The notes under the pieces: model-generated
Seen by the model: only the letters and a program-made list of their open reading frames with translations
Database searches by the model: none
What the model was told of the DNA's origin: nothing
Part shown: positions 26,821 to 38,121 of the stretch, piece by piece
Numbering within the stretch: the stretch's first letter is position 1
How the letters are laid out: every line of letters begins with the position of its first letter
Source: Cytophagales bacterium
GTDB lineage: Bacteria; Bacteroidota; Bacteroidia; Cytophagales; UBA9547
Direction of reading: 5' to 3'
NCBI GenBank assembly: GCA_004294265.1
Contig: REAG01000117.1
Coordinates: 540 to 64,539 of the forward strand
Length of the DNA stretch: 64,000 nt
Program-made: the position numbers and the translations under genes

Positions 26821-27921
26821 TTAAAATTCTTGTCCAGATGAGCGACCCAAATAGGTCATGGCACATCTGAAACCAATAAATGATTTTGTTGAATCTGCAT
26901 ATTCAAATGTACGTGTACCAAGTTCCAAATAATAGGCAACATCTTTCCATGAGCCACCTCTAAGAATCTTTCTTTTTTCTTTATCGTCAAAATAGGTTGG
27001 GTTCATGTCCCAAACTACTGGTACTGCAGATTCATAAAAAGCATCTTCACACCATTCAGAAACATTACCCGACATATCATACAAGCCATAGTCATTAGAA
27101 AAATAAGAACCTACAGGAGATGTGTACATAAAACCATCATCATAATAATTTCCTCTTCCTGGTTTTAAATTAGCTAACATGCAACCTTTAGAATTACGAA
27201 TGTATGGACCGCCCCAAGGATATTTAGCCATATCACGACCACCTCTTGCTGCATATTCCCATTCAGCTTCAGAAGGTAATCTAAAGTTAGGATTAGCAAA
27301 CAAATTCATTCCACTTAAATCTGTTCTCCATTCGTTCATAAAACGAGTTCTCCAATTACTAAATATACGTGAAGCATACCAATCTACACCTACAACTGGA
27401 TATTCATCAAAAGCTGGATGGTAATAGTAATATTCCATCATTGGGTCTCCCATGTGATGAGCAAAATCTCTAACCCAAACGGTAGTATCAGGATAAAGTT
27501 CTCTAACTATATATTCTTCTCCTTTAGACTTGATAGTAGAATCTAACCAAGCTTGCGTGTTTTTCCAATCCGGATAAAGATCTGGTTTAGATAAAAACTC
27601 AACAAACTGTCTATATTCATTATTAGTAATTTCCGTTTCATCCATATAAAACCCACCTATGGTAATTTGCTTATTATAATTAATTTGAGTTGCAGGAACA
27701 TCTTGATCTGCTTGACCCATGTGAAAAGTACCTGAAGGACAAACTACCATTCCATAAGGAACTTGTTGAGTCCAACCAACTCTATCTGGAACTCCTACCA
27801 AGTCGCCAGTAGGCATACCTGAATTTCCTCCTCCTTTTTTACCGCAAGAATCTATAACGACAAGGGTAGTAACTGCTACCAAAAAGTTGATTGAAATTTT
27901 AACTATTTCTCTTTTATTCAT
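26821..27921 (-). CDS. gldK: gliding motility / T9SS lipoprotein GldK (PorK; FGE-sulfatase fold)
   Basis: Lipobox VVIDSC, and formylglycine-generating-enzyme-like motifs RLPSEAEWEYAARGG, RGGSWKD and GFRCA. The likely start is MNKREIV at 27921; the track start is 27957. Confidence 0.9.
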   Translation of the reverse strand: MNKREIVKISINFLVAVTTLVVIDSCGKKGGGNSGMPTGDLVGVPDRVGWTQQVPYGMVVCPSGTFHMGQADQDVPATQINYNKQITIGGFYMDETEITNNEYRQFVEFLSKPDLYPDWKNTQAWLDSTIKSKGEEYIVRELYPDTTVWVRDFAHHMGDPMMEYYYYHPAFDEYPVVGVDWYASRIFSNWRTRFMNEWRTDLSGMNLFANPNFRLPSEAEWEYAARGGRDMAKYPWGGPYIRNSKGCMLANLKPGRGNYYDDGFMYTSPVGSYFSNDYGLYDMSGNVSEWCEDAFYESAVPVVWDMNPTYFDDKEKRKILRGGSWKDVAYYLELGTRTFEYADSTKSFIGFRCAMTYLGRSSGQEF

Positions 27922-28009
27922 AATGGATAATACTGAAAATCTTATAAAACCTTTCAAAACTATATTAAATTTTTAATAAACAAAACTTTTTTTTAAAAAA
28001 TATTTTAAA

Positions 28010-29005
28010 TTAATACCTAAAACGTGGAGTTCTTATCATTGGTTTAGGTAATAAATCTCTGACAGGAATGAAAAAAGATGCCATAATCTCGTGAGAAGTG
28101 CCCATTTTAGCCGCTTTTCCTATGATTGTGAGGTCAAAACCATAGCCAACTCGCAAAGCATTATTTTTTAAAAAACTTATACCAATTAATGCAATCATTG
28201 CATCAGTATGTCGATAAGAAATTCCTCCCCAGAATTTATAATTAGAATAACTTGCCAAAACAGTTAGGTCAGCTTGAGTATTATTAAGTGCTTGCAAACT
28301 TGATCTTAAAAGTAAAGTAGGCAATAAATTCCAGTTTTCATTTAGAATAAGTTTATATTGAAAAAAAAGATAAGCATGTCTTTTCAATGTACTTGAAAAT
28401 TCTTTAGAATTTATTTGTTGTTTGAATAATTGAGGTTGTAAAAGATGAGATAAACTAATACCCATAGAAATTTTTTTAGACAACAGCCATAAACCTCCAT
28501 CAATGTCAAAAGAACTTTGGCTCGGATTAGCAACCACTTGGTCTAATCTAGGGTCATTATCTTGGTTTGGTTTCCATAAATCCGTGCTAATTCGTTGGTT
28601 AAAATAGCCGGCTCCTATTCCAATTCCTAATTTGACATCTTCTGATATATTTATATGATATGAATAATTGGCTTTTAAGTACAAGTTATTCAATGTAGCA
28701 ATATTATCATTAACTATATTAAAGCCTATACCACTGTTAAAAGCCTTAATTTTGGTTGATGCATTAATAAATTGTGTTACTGGAACTCCGGAAAAATTAT
28801 CATTTCCGCCTGAATTTCTAAAACCTGTCCATTGACTTCTGTAAATTCCTACAAATTCAGTTTGTTCGTTTATGCCAACATAAGCAGGGTTAAAATATGA
28901 ATTTACGAACATATATTGACTAAACTGTGCATCTTGCTGTGCGAATGAAACTATAGAAAAGGATAATAAAAAAATAATTGCTCGAATTTTATTGGTAATT
29001 TCCAT
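28010..29005 (-). CDS. porP: T9SS membrane protein PorP/SprF family
   Basis: AQQDAQFSQYMFVNSYFNPAYVG is the hallmark PorP/SprF N-terminus. The likely start is MEITNK at 29005, which removes the overlap with hemD. Confidence 0.88.
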   Translation of the reverse strand: MEITNKIRAIIFLLSFSIVSFAQQDAQFSQYMFVNSYFNPAYVGINEQTEFVGIYRSQWTGFRNSGGNDNFSGVPVTQFINASTKIKAFNSGIGFNIVNDNIATLNNLYLKANYSYHINISEDVKLGIGIGAGYFNQRISTDLWKPNQDNDPRLDQVVANPSQSSFDIDGGLWLLSKKISMGISLSHLLQPQLFKQQINSKEFSSTLKRHAYLFFQYKLILNENWNLLPTLLLRSSLQALNNTQADLTVLASYSNYKFWGGISYRHTDAMIALIGISFLKNNALRVGYGFDLTIIGKAAKMGTSHEIMASFFIPVRDLLPKPMIRTPRFRY

Positions 29006-29024
29006 AATAAAAATTTTATTGAAG

Positions 29025-29810
29025 CTAAATTGTATTTGCATTTTTAATATAAACTTCCAATGCTCCTGTCATAGATGGAGCGTTTGGCATTGGTGCTTGA
29101 ATATCCAAAACAAGCCCTGCGTCAAGCACAGCTTTTGCGGTAGTGCTTCCAAAGGCTGCTATTCTGGTTTTTTCTTGTTTGAAATTTGGAAAATTTGTAA
29201 ATAAGGAGGTTACTCCCGAAGGACTAAAGAAAACTAATACATCATATTTTACATCTGATAAATCCGAAAGATTTGATGCAACAGTATTATATATTATACC
29301 TTCGCTAAAATTAAAATCATTTTGTTTAAGAAAACTTGGAATATCATCGCTTCTTAGGTCAGAACAAGGATAAAGAAATTTTTCAGTTTTATGTTTTTTT
29401 AATATTTCAAATAAATCTGAGGCTTTTTTTTCGCCAACAAATATTTTCCGTTTACGAATCACTATGTATTTTTGAAGGTAATTTGCGGTTTGGTCAGAAA
29501 CGCAAAAATATTTTAAAGTAGGTTCTAATTCTACCTTTCCTTCTTTGCAAAGTCTAAAGAAATGATCAACTGCATTTCTGCTTGTTAGAATAATTGCAGA
29601 GAATTGTCCAATTTCAATTTTTTGTTTTCTAAATTCTTTAAAAGGCACTCCTTCAACATCAATAAAAGCTCTAAAATCCACTTTTAGTCCATATTTATTT
29701 GCTAACGATAAATATGGAGTATCGTCTGAAGGTTTTGCTTGCGTTACGAGTATGCTTGCTACTTTATTTAGTCTATTTTCTGAAACTTCTTTTATTTCTG
29801 CACCCTGCAT
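29025..29810 (-). CDS. hemD: uroporphyrinogen-III synthase
   Basis: Two-lobe HemD-like pattern (ILTSRNAVDHFF...VFFSPSGV...IAAFGSTTAKA), ~260 aa. Confidence 0.65.
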   Translation of the reverse strand: MQGAEIKEVSENRLNKVASILVTQAKPSDDTPYLSLANKYGLKVDFRAFIDVEGVPFKEFRKQKIEIGQFSAIILTSRNAVDHFFRLCKEGKVELEPTLKYFCVSDQTANYLQKYIVIRKRKIFVGEKKASDLFEILKKHKTEKFLYPCSDLRSDDIPSFLKQNDFNFSEGIIYNTVASNLSDLSDVKYDVLVFFSPSGVTSLFTNFPNFKQEKTRIAAFGSTTAKAVLDAGLVLDIQAPMPNAPSMTGALEVYIKNANTI

Positions 29811-29826
29811 GAGTAATTGATGTAAT

Positions 29827-30921
29827 TTAAGTGAGCTTTAGGATATATACAAAAGGATATAAATCGCAAATGCAAATATACGCAAATAAATAATTCTTAT
29901 TAAAACCAAACTTAAATAGAAGTAAATAAAATTCTCTTACGAATAAAATTATGAAAAGTAAAAATGGTAAAACCCACTTAAAATCATAATTTAAGTGTAT
30001 TAAGGTAAAAAATGGTGTTAATGTAAAAAATAAAAATAAAGCAATAATTAATAAAAAAAGAGCCAAAAAACGAAATATTTCTGTTACAATAGTTACTGTA
30101 AAACTTTGAATTTTCAAAAAATAACCAAAAATGAGATGTAAAAATATTTTTATGATTATCAATTTAACAGTAAACTTTATAAAAAATAAAAAAAAATCAG
30201 AAGTTTCTTTCGTTTGTGTTTCATTATAAAAATTATGATTAAACGCAAGATATAACAATGTTAGAATTGAAAATATGGTTACACTAAGCAAAATAATTTC
30301 AATTTTAGAGAAATTTGGTTTTGAATTTAATCTTGTTGAATAGTGATTAAAACTTATATTGGAAGATTTTTTAAATAAAAAGTGGGTTTCTATTCCCATT
30401 TGTTTTGCAATTGCAACTACTGTTAAAAATATAATAAAACATATTATAAATATAGTATTAAATGAAGTTCTTTTTTGTTGAATTTCATAATATGTTTTTT
30501 TTTCATTTTCTTTAGTTTTAGATAATTTTTGATGAATTTTGAAACTATCATTAATTTTAATGGAAATTTCTGTTAAAGGTTGGTTGGCATAAATAGTTAT
30601 TAGGTCATTTGCTTTAAATTTAGTTTCTTTTAATTGTATTGTTAGGATTTGACTCGCTGTTTTAAGGCAATTATATTTATTATTATGAAAAATGTGATTT
30701 TCTGAATTAGATTCAATTGTTAAAAAATGATTGATATAATCTTTTTTAATAATAAAACTAATTTGATTATTTTCAGAATATTGATTTAAAATAGGTACAT
30801 AAATATTTTCTTTCTTTGAAAAAACTAGCAAGTCTTCTTTTTCTATTTGTTTAGAGAAGGAGCTAAAACAAACAAAAAGTGATAAAAAAAAATGATAGTG
30901 GTTAAATTTTGACTTTTTCAA
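29827..30921 (-). CDS. polytopic membrane protein (DUF4271-like)
   Basis: N-terminal soluble part plus about 6 TM helices. Adjacency to hemD matches the usual DUF4271 context in Bacteroidota. The family call is from memory of that context only. Confidence 0.45.
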   Translation of the reverse strand: MKKSKFNHYHFFLSLFVCFSSFSKQIEKEDLLVFSKKENIYVPILNQYSENNQISFIIKKDYINHFLTIESNSENHIFHNNKYNCLKTASQILTIQLKETKFKANDLITIYANQPLTEISIKINDSFKIHQKLSKTKENEKKTYYEIQQKRTSFNTIFIICFIIFLTVVAIAKQMGIETHFLFKKSSNISFNHYSTRLNSKPNFSKIEIILLSVTIFSILTLLYLAFNHNFYNETQTKETSDFFLFFIKFTVKLIIIKIFLHLIFGYFLKIQSFTVTIVTEIFRFLALFLLIIALFLFFTLTPFFTLIHLNYDFKWVLPFLLFIILFVREFYLLLFKFGFNKNYLFAYICICDLYPFVYILKLT

Positions 30922-31933
30922 CTTTATTTGCGTAAAAATATACCAAAAGAAGTGTTAAAACTACAAAACTAATTTGTATTGTAAGAGCAATATTAATTTC
31001 TAGCTCTGAAGTTAAAAAAGCAATTGCATACATAAAAAGACTAAAAGTTAAAATCACAACAATAATTCCGGAGTTTGGGTATCCAAGTTTTTTTAAATGA
31101 TGATGTATATGGTTTTGATCAGGGGAAAAAGGTGATTTACCGTTAATAATTCTAATAAAAAAGACTTTTAAAGTATCTATAACAGGAATGATTAACATTG
31201 ATAAAGCTACAACTGGAGAGTTAGCAACTGGTTTGAGTTCAATGAACTTGACAGCAAGTATTGCAATTATGAATCCACAAACGAGCGAACCTGTATCACC
31301 CATAAAAATAATGGCGTTTCTAAAGTTGTATCTTAAAAAACCGATTAGACTACCTGCCAGACAAAAAGCTAAATCAGAATAAGACCTAACTCCGTTTTCT
31401 ATTTGAAAATAAATGTAAAAACCAATAATAGTTGCTATATAAATGCAAATTGAACCTGCTAAACCATCTATTCCATCAATCAAATTAATAGCGTTTGTAA
31501 TACCAATTATTACTAAAAAAGTAAATGCATAGCTAATTCCATCAGGCAAAGTTTGCAAACCAAACAATCCTTGAAAAGAAGTAATACGAATATTTCCAAT
31601 AAAAACAACGATTCCTGTTGCTAAAACTTGAACAAAAAATTTTTTGAAAGGCGAAACTGAAACTAAGTCATCTTTTATTCCAATAAAAAACAGTAAAATA
31701 CAACCAGCAATTACTTGTTGAACTTCTTTATTAACATGTCCAAAAATCGTAATTGAAGAAACTAAACCAGCAAAAATAGCAATTCCACCTAAACGTGGGG
31801 TTAATGATCTGTGAATGGTTCTGTAATTAGGCTCATCAAGAAGCTGTTTGAGATGAGCTACATTTATAATTGATGGTATTGCAAATACTGAAATTAAAAA
31901 TGCCCATAAAAAACATAATACCGAATTTATCAT
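30902..31933 (-). CDS. polyprenyl-phosphate N-acetylhexosamine-1-phosphate transferase (MraY/WecA, glycosyltransferase family 4)
   Basis: NAINLIDGIDGLA, FMGDTGS and 10-11 TM helices. Confidence 0.85.
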   Translation of the reverse strand: MINSVLCFLWAFLISVFAIPSIINVAHLKQLLDEPNYRTIHRSLTPRLGGIAIFAGLVSSITIFGHVNKEVQQVIAGCILLFFIGIKDDLVSVSPFKKFFVQVLATGIVVFIGNIRITSFQGLFGLQTLPDGISYAFTFLVIIGITNAINLIDGIDGLAGSICIYIATIIGFYIYFQIENGVRSYSDLAFCLAGSLIGFLRYNFRNAIIFMGDTGSLVCGFIIAILAVKFIELKPVANSPVVALSMLIIPVIDTLKVFFIRIINGKSPFSPDQNHIHHHLKKLGYPNSGIIVVILTFSLFMYAIAFLTSELEINIALTIQISFVVLTLLLVYFYANKVEKVKI

Positions 31934-32204
31934 TTTGCAAACTTAAACTATTTATTACTAATAGTTATAAAAAGTAAGCAATATTTACACTAAAATAAGA
32001 AAATAAATAGTTTTTTATTAATAATTATTACTTTTAAAGTTCTTATGCTAAAATATTTTAAAAATAATAATAATTTCAATCTAAATACATTTGCTTTTAT
32101 TTATTTTTTCCTCCCAATGTATATTTCTTTGCTGCATATTTATCGAAAGAAAAATAATATAATTTTCCTTCGTGTGGATTCAATTCAATTTTTATATTTT
32201 GAAG

Positions 32205-34013
32205 TTATCCAAATTCAACTGATTTATCTTCTAAATATTCACTCACAAAAAGTTTTGGTTTTTTTACAAGTGAATTTATAGTGTAATCAACCGATTTTTT
32301 ATTTTCATTTCTATTAATTGCATATACAATCCAAGTGTTTTCGGATACTATTTCTTTTACCAAGACTTCAATATCTTCTTGTTTATCAATAAATGGAAAT
32401 GTAGCAGTTGTTTTAAAAGAATTTGGTTCAAACGATCTAAAAAAGTCTATTTTATCTTTATCCAATATTGAAAAATCTTCAGAAGTGCAAATCATTCCAC
32501 CCTGCAAACCCATCCAAGTATTGATAGTTTTGGATTCCATAGGAGTCATTTTATTGAATTTTGTTCTTAAAATCATGGCATCTGGGTCGTTTTGCCACCA
32601 CACATTATTTATATGCTGATTGCCAACTGTTTCTTTAAACATACTTTCAGCACCATCCCATTTTGCAGTAATATCTGCCGAAACTCTCATGCCATCAACG
32701 TAGCCAATAAATGAAGGATATGTAGCGATACAACCTAACCAAAACGATTCTTCTCCAATTTCTTCACGAATCATTTTAAAGAATTCTCGCTGATATTCTA
32801 TACTGGTTTTGCCAGGCGTATGACGTTTTAAGTTTTGCGATTGTTGATCACCCCACATCATAAAATCCGTTTTAAAATAAGTTATACCCATTTTTCTTAG
32901 TTTTCTAAAAACACCTCTTAAATATGCCATCACCTCTGGATTGCTTGTATCGAGCGTAAAATATTCTTCGTCCATTGCTCCCCATAGCCGTTGTTCGTCA
33001 AAAAACTGAAACCAACGAACTTGTGTGTTATCTCCCCATTTTAAAATCCAATCGGGATGTTCTATAAAAACTTTACTTCTATTTCCGACCATATATGGAC
33101 CAATCCAAATGCCTGCTTTGTAGCCTTTTGATATTATATTTTTAATAGATGGCTCTAAACCTTTAGGAAATTTCAAACTTGGTTCGAGCCAATCTCCCAA
33201 ATGAGGATGATAACCTGCATCTATTTGAATGGTTTGTAAAGGAATTTTTGGTTTGATAGTTTCAAAACCTTTTACATAATCAAACAACATTTTTTCTGTC
33301 AAAAAATCGAAAGAATAATACCACGAACACCACAAATAGGCTTGAGGTTTGTTGGTTCGGGCTTTCATTGTAGTACCAATTTCTTGGGCTTCGGCTCGCA
33401 TACCTTCGTAATATTTTTCGGTTTCTGAAAAATATAAAGTAGGCAAATTAGTTGGTAAAACTTTTTCGGTTTGAATACATACAGAAATACTTTTTTTGTT
33501 TTCAATCGTTTTTAAATCTGTGTAAGATACATATTTATTTATATCATGAGTTGAAACTATCAATGCTGTACCACTATCAGGCAATAATCCAGTAAGTAAA
33601 GTACTTTTTTCTACTTCTTTTTCATTCCATTTTTTTATGCCACCATCTCCCATAATTCCTCCAGAAGTTCTGTAAAAACGATTTGCTCCATCAATAGCAC
33701 AATTATGAATAGGTGATATTATGTCAGCGATACCTTGAGGCAACGAAGTTTGCGTTTTGAGGCTCAAATATTTGCCTTCAGTAGAAAATATAAGTTCTAA
33801 TTTTCCATTTTCTAACACATATTCAATACTCGAGGCTGTTGTTTTGATTTGAATTGGACGAATTGAAATGCCATTAATTGCTGGATAACAGTTTGTAAGT
33901 TTTATCGATTTTCCAATAATATCAAAAGAGCCGTTGGATGCAATTTTATAGCTTATATTTTGAGCGGATAAAAATAAATTTAATAGTAAAAATACTATAA
34001 TAATCTTTTTCAT
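32205..34013 (-). CDS. secreted glycoside hydrolase, alpha-galactosidase-like (clan GH-D, GH36/27-like)
   Basis: Signal peptide. TIM-barrel segment QIDAGYH..GDW, GIWIGPY, HPDW and LDTSNPEV, plus YFKTDFM, a KxD-type nucleophile motif. Confidence 0.55.
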   Translation of the reverse strand: MKKIIIVFLLLNLFLSAQNISYKIASNGSFDIIGKSIKLTNCYPAINGISIRPIQIKTTASSIEYVLENGKLELIFSTEGKYLSLKTQTSLPQGIADIISPIHNCAIDGANRFYRTSGGIMGDGGIKKWNEKEVEKSTLLTGLLPDSGTALIVSTHDINKYVSYTDLKTIENKKSISVCIQTEKVLPTNLPTLYFSETEKYYEGMRAEAQEIGTTMKARTNKPQAYLWCSWYYSFDFLTEKMLFDYVKGFETIKPKIPLQTIQIDAGYHPHLGDWLEPSLKFPKGLEPSIKNIISKGYKAGIWIGPYMVGNRSKVFIEHPDWILKWGDNTQVRWFQFFDEQRLWGAMDEEYFTLDTSNPEVMAYLRGVFRKLRKMGITYFKTDFMMWGDQQSQNLKRHTPGKTSIEYQREFFKMIREEIGEESFWLGCIATYPSFIGYVDGMRVSADITAKWDGAESMFKETVGNQHINNVWWQNDPDAMILRTKFNKMTPMESKTINTWMGLQGGMICTSEDFSILDKDKIDFFRSFEPNSFKTTATFPFIDKQEDIEVLVKEIVSENTWIVYAINRNENKKSVDYTINSLVKKPKLFVSEYLEDKSVEFG

Positions 34014-34090
34014 TTATGTAGTTTTTAAAATGTATACGTAAACATATCAAAACAAAACTTAAATTAAAAATAAATAATTAAAATACTAAT

Positions 34091-34209
34091 AGGAACCCCT
34101 AAAAACCTCCATTCCGTTAAAGCCCTCCCACTTGGATTCTGCGGTTTCGTAGCAGAAATTGGTTTGGGTGTGGTTTTTAAAAATAATATTGGGGTTTTTA
34201 GAGGCTCCC
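34091..34209 (-). repeat. MITE-like GC-box element, 119-bp copy (reverse orientation)
   Basis: aggaacccctaaaaacc...ggtttttagaggctccc. It aligns over its full length (about 85% by eye) to the reverse complement of 62186-62304, including the core hairpin ggattctgcggtttcgtagcagaa. Confidence 0.85.
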
Positions 34210-34223
34210 AAATTTCATTTAAA

Positions 34224-34264
34224 GAAAAAAAAGCCTTTTCGTTTCCGAAAAGGCTTTTTTTGAT
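34224..34264 (-). terminator. rho-independent terminator of groES-groEL (bidirectional shape)
   Basis: 13-bp perfect stem aaaagccttttcg / cgaaaaggctttt with loop tttc, flanked by A-run and T-run, about 20 nt after the groEL stop. Confidence 0.8.
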
Positions 34265-34282
34265 ACAAAAATGAAAGGAATA

Positions 34283-35920
<1,638 letters not shown>

Positions 35921-35971
35921 TTTTTTAGTTATAAGTTATAAATTATGAATTATTATTTTTGGAATATTAAA

Positions 35972-36262
35972 CTAGATGATAGCGAAAATATCAGCTTCAC
36001 GCATGATTAAATATTCTTTACCATCAAAAGTAACTTCAGTACCCGAATATTTGCCGTAAAGGACACTATCGCCCACTTTTACTTGAGGTTTCATCACGTT
36101 TCCGCTCTCTGATACTTTGCCAGCACCAACCGCAATAACTACTCCTTTTTGTGGTTTTTCTTTTGCTGAATCTGGAATATACAGGCCTGAAGCGGTTTTT
36201 GTTTCTGCAGCAGCAGGTTCTACTAGAACTCTATCTGCCAATGGTGTTAAATTTATTGCCAT
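35972..36262 (-). CDS. groS: co-chaperonin GroES
   Basis: [42 protein letters not shown], 96 aa, directly upstream of groEL. Confidence 0.97.
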   Translation of the reverse strand: MAINLTPLADRVLVEPAAAETKTASGLYIPDSAKEKPQKGVVIAVGAGKVSESGNVMKPQVKVGDSVLYGKYSGTEVTFDGKEYLIMREADIFAII

Positions 36263-36557
36263 TATTTGATTTAATTATTTTTGATTAATATTTTAATGAA
36301 AATCATTGTACTCAAATATTAACATTAACTATGCCAATTTTAAAAATTATCTTTTAGAATGAAATTTTGACATATAATATAGGTGTTTTAAAATGGAAAG
36401 AAAACAAAAAAAATAATTTCAAATTCAAAATCTTACAATATTTATTTGCTCTAATAAAAAACTAAAATTTAATTTTAGATTTTAAAAAATATAAATATAA
36501 TTATTTTTCGATTTGATTAAATTTGTTTAATTTTGATTACGTTAAATTTCATTTGCC

Positions 36558-36854
36558 ATGCAACATTTACTTATTTCAGTTTCAGATAATGCAAATTTGG
36601 GAGCAATTCAATCGCTTTTGCTCCAAACAAAAGGCATAGAGCGCGTGGAAACCATAGAAAACGACAATTTTTTGGAATCAGAAACTGATTGGATAAATAA
36701 TTTACATAAACCAGGTCCAAAACTTACTGAAGCTCAGTTAGATGAATTGGTTCAAGCCATGGACAATGAAGAAGATACAGGAATATCAGAAACAGAATTG
36801 GATAAAAAATTTAATGCTTATTTTTTTAATAAATGGGGAATACAAATTTCGTAA
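36558..36854 (+). CDS. putative antitoxin of ParE-type TA pair 1
   Basis: Small acidic protein overlapping the downstream ParE-like ORF by 22 nt. The assignment rests on context only. Confidence 0.45.
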   Translation: MQHLLISVSDNANLGAIQSLLLQTKGIERVETIENDNFLESETDWINNLHKPGPKLTEAQLDELVQAMDNEEDTGISETELDKKFNAYFFNKWGIQIS

Positions 36855-37138
36855 TAAAATACGCTAAAATGTCAGATAGAGATATAATTAAAATGGCAGA
36901 TTATATTACCGAAAATTCAAGTTTTGAAGTAGCTTACAAATATTATCTTAGATTAAAACTTCACATTAATTCATTATCACTTTATCCAGACCGAAACTTA
37001 CCTTGTCGTTACTTTCGATTTTCTAAAAAAAAATATCTTTGTACCGCATTTGAGGAAACTTATATTATTGCCTACGTGATAAAAAAGAATGAAATAGTAA
37101 TAAAAAGAGTTATTCATGGTAAAATATTAGGATTGTAA
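36833..37138 (+). CDS. RelE/ParE-family toxin (pair 1)
   Basis: About 100 aa with the ParE pattern: SDRDIIKMADYI, then L..YPDRNLPCRYF, then YIIAYVIKKNEIVIKRVIHGK. Confidence 0.6.
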   Translation: MGNTNFVIKYAKMSDRDIIKMADYITENSSFEVAYKYYLRLKLHINSLSLYPDRNLPCRYFRFSKKKYLCTAFEETYIIAYVIKKNEIVIKRVIHGKILGL

Positions 37139-37148
37139 ATAAATAAAT

Positions 37149-37182
37149 AAACCTATAAGGTTTGAAAAAAACTTATAGGTTT
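37149..37182 (+). terminator. hairpin after TA pair 1
   Basis: 11-bp stem aaacctataag / cttataggttt with a 12-nt loop, 11 nt after the stop codon. The T-tract is weak. Confidence 0.4.
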
Positions 37183-37439
37183 TAATACTTGTTCTTATTT
37201 TTAGTCCCCAAACTAAATCTCAATAGAAGTAAATCTCTAACGTGTTCATCATTAAACAAAATCCAACCTTATTTTACATACAAAAATAAGTCTTTAATTT
37301 GTTTTTCGATGGTTTATATTTTAAAATTGCAAATATAAAAGTTTTGTAGTATATTGTATTTATAGCTTTCAACTTACAAGAACTTTCTATACAAACGAAG
37401 GCAAATAGGAGCAAAATTAACAAATTTCAAAATAATATT

Positions 37440-37676
37440 ATGTACACAACATATCATTTAGAATCAGCACAGGAAGTAAGCACTGATATTTTAGACGCTA
37501 TAAAAGCTACTTTTAAATCTAAGCCAATTACTATTATTGTGGAAGAAGACGATAACAATTTTGAGCTAACTGCTGATTTAAAAGCCGTTTTGGAAGATCG
37601 TTTGCATGAAGATGAAGGTTCGTATCTGTCCGCTGAAGAGTCTATCTTTCAACTTAATAAAAAATATGGATTATAA
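37440..37676 (+). CDS. putative antitoxin of ParE-type TA pair 2
   Basis: 78-aa acidic protein (ITIIVEEDDNNFELTADLKAVLEDRLHEDEG) overlapping the downstream toxin by 11 nt. Confidence 0.5.
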   Translation: MYTTYHLESAQEVSTDILDAIKATFKSKPITIIVEEDDNNFELTADLKAVLEDRLHEDEGSYLSAEESIFQLNKKYGL

Positions 37677-37962
37677 AATTATCATTTCGCCTCGTGCTCA
37701 AAAAGAGATTGAAAACGCCATTGATTACTACGTTTTGTACAGCATAGGCGTTCCTATGTATTTTATAACTGCACTTAAAGAAGCTTACAGAATATTAGAA
37801 ACAAACCCATTTTTTAGGGTTCGTTATAAAAATATTAGGGCTTTAAAGATAAAGAAGTTTCCGCATTCTTTGTATTTTATCATCAACGAAGAAAAAAATA
37901 CGGTTCGAGTACTTTCTTGTTTTAACAACAAAAGAAATCCTAATAAAAGACCAAGATACTAA
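37666..37962 (+). CDS. RelE/ParE-family toxin (pair 2)
   Basis: MDYKIIISPRAQKEIENAIDYY...FPHSLYFIINEEKNTVRVLSCFNNKRNP is a typical ParE/RelE layout. The start is taken at the internal ATG 37666, not the track start 37606. Confidence 0.7.
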   Translation: MDYKIIISPRAQKEIENAIDYYVLYSIGVPMYFITALKEAYRILETNPFFRVRYKNIRALKIKKFPHSLYFIINEEKNTVRVLSCFNNKRNPNKRPRY

Positions 37963-38121
37963 ACCCAAAAGATATCGGAGATAAAGACTTTTAGATAATT
38001 CATTTTCAAAAAACATTTAGATTTGTTCTATCTAATTATTTTAAGTATATATAGATGCTATCTTAAAAACCATGTAACACAAGTATAAAAACCTTAAAAA
38101 ATCATATAAATCAAATTTAAA

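Noticed and set aside
32045-32281. 78-aa plus-strand ORF in the spacer upstream of the glycosyltransferase gene
   Set aside because: It is Asn/Ile/Phe/Tyr-rich low-complexity sequence that partly overlaps the 3' end of the glycoside hydrolase gene. It reflects AT-rich composition rather than a gene.
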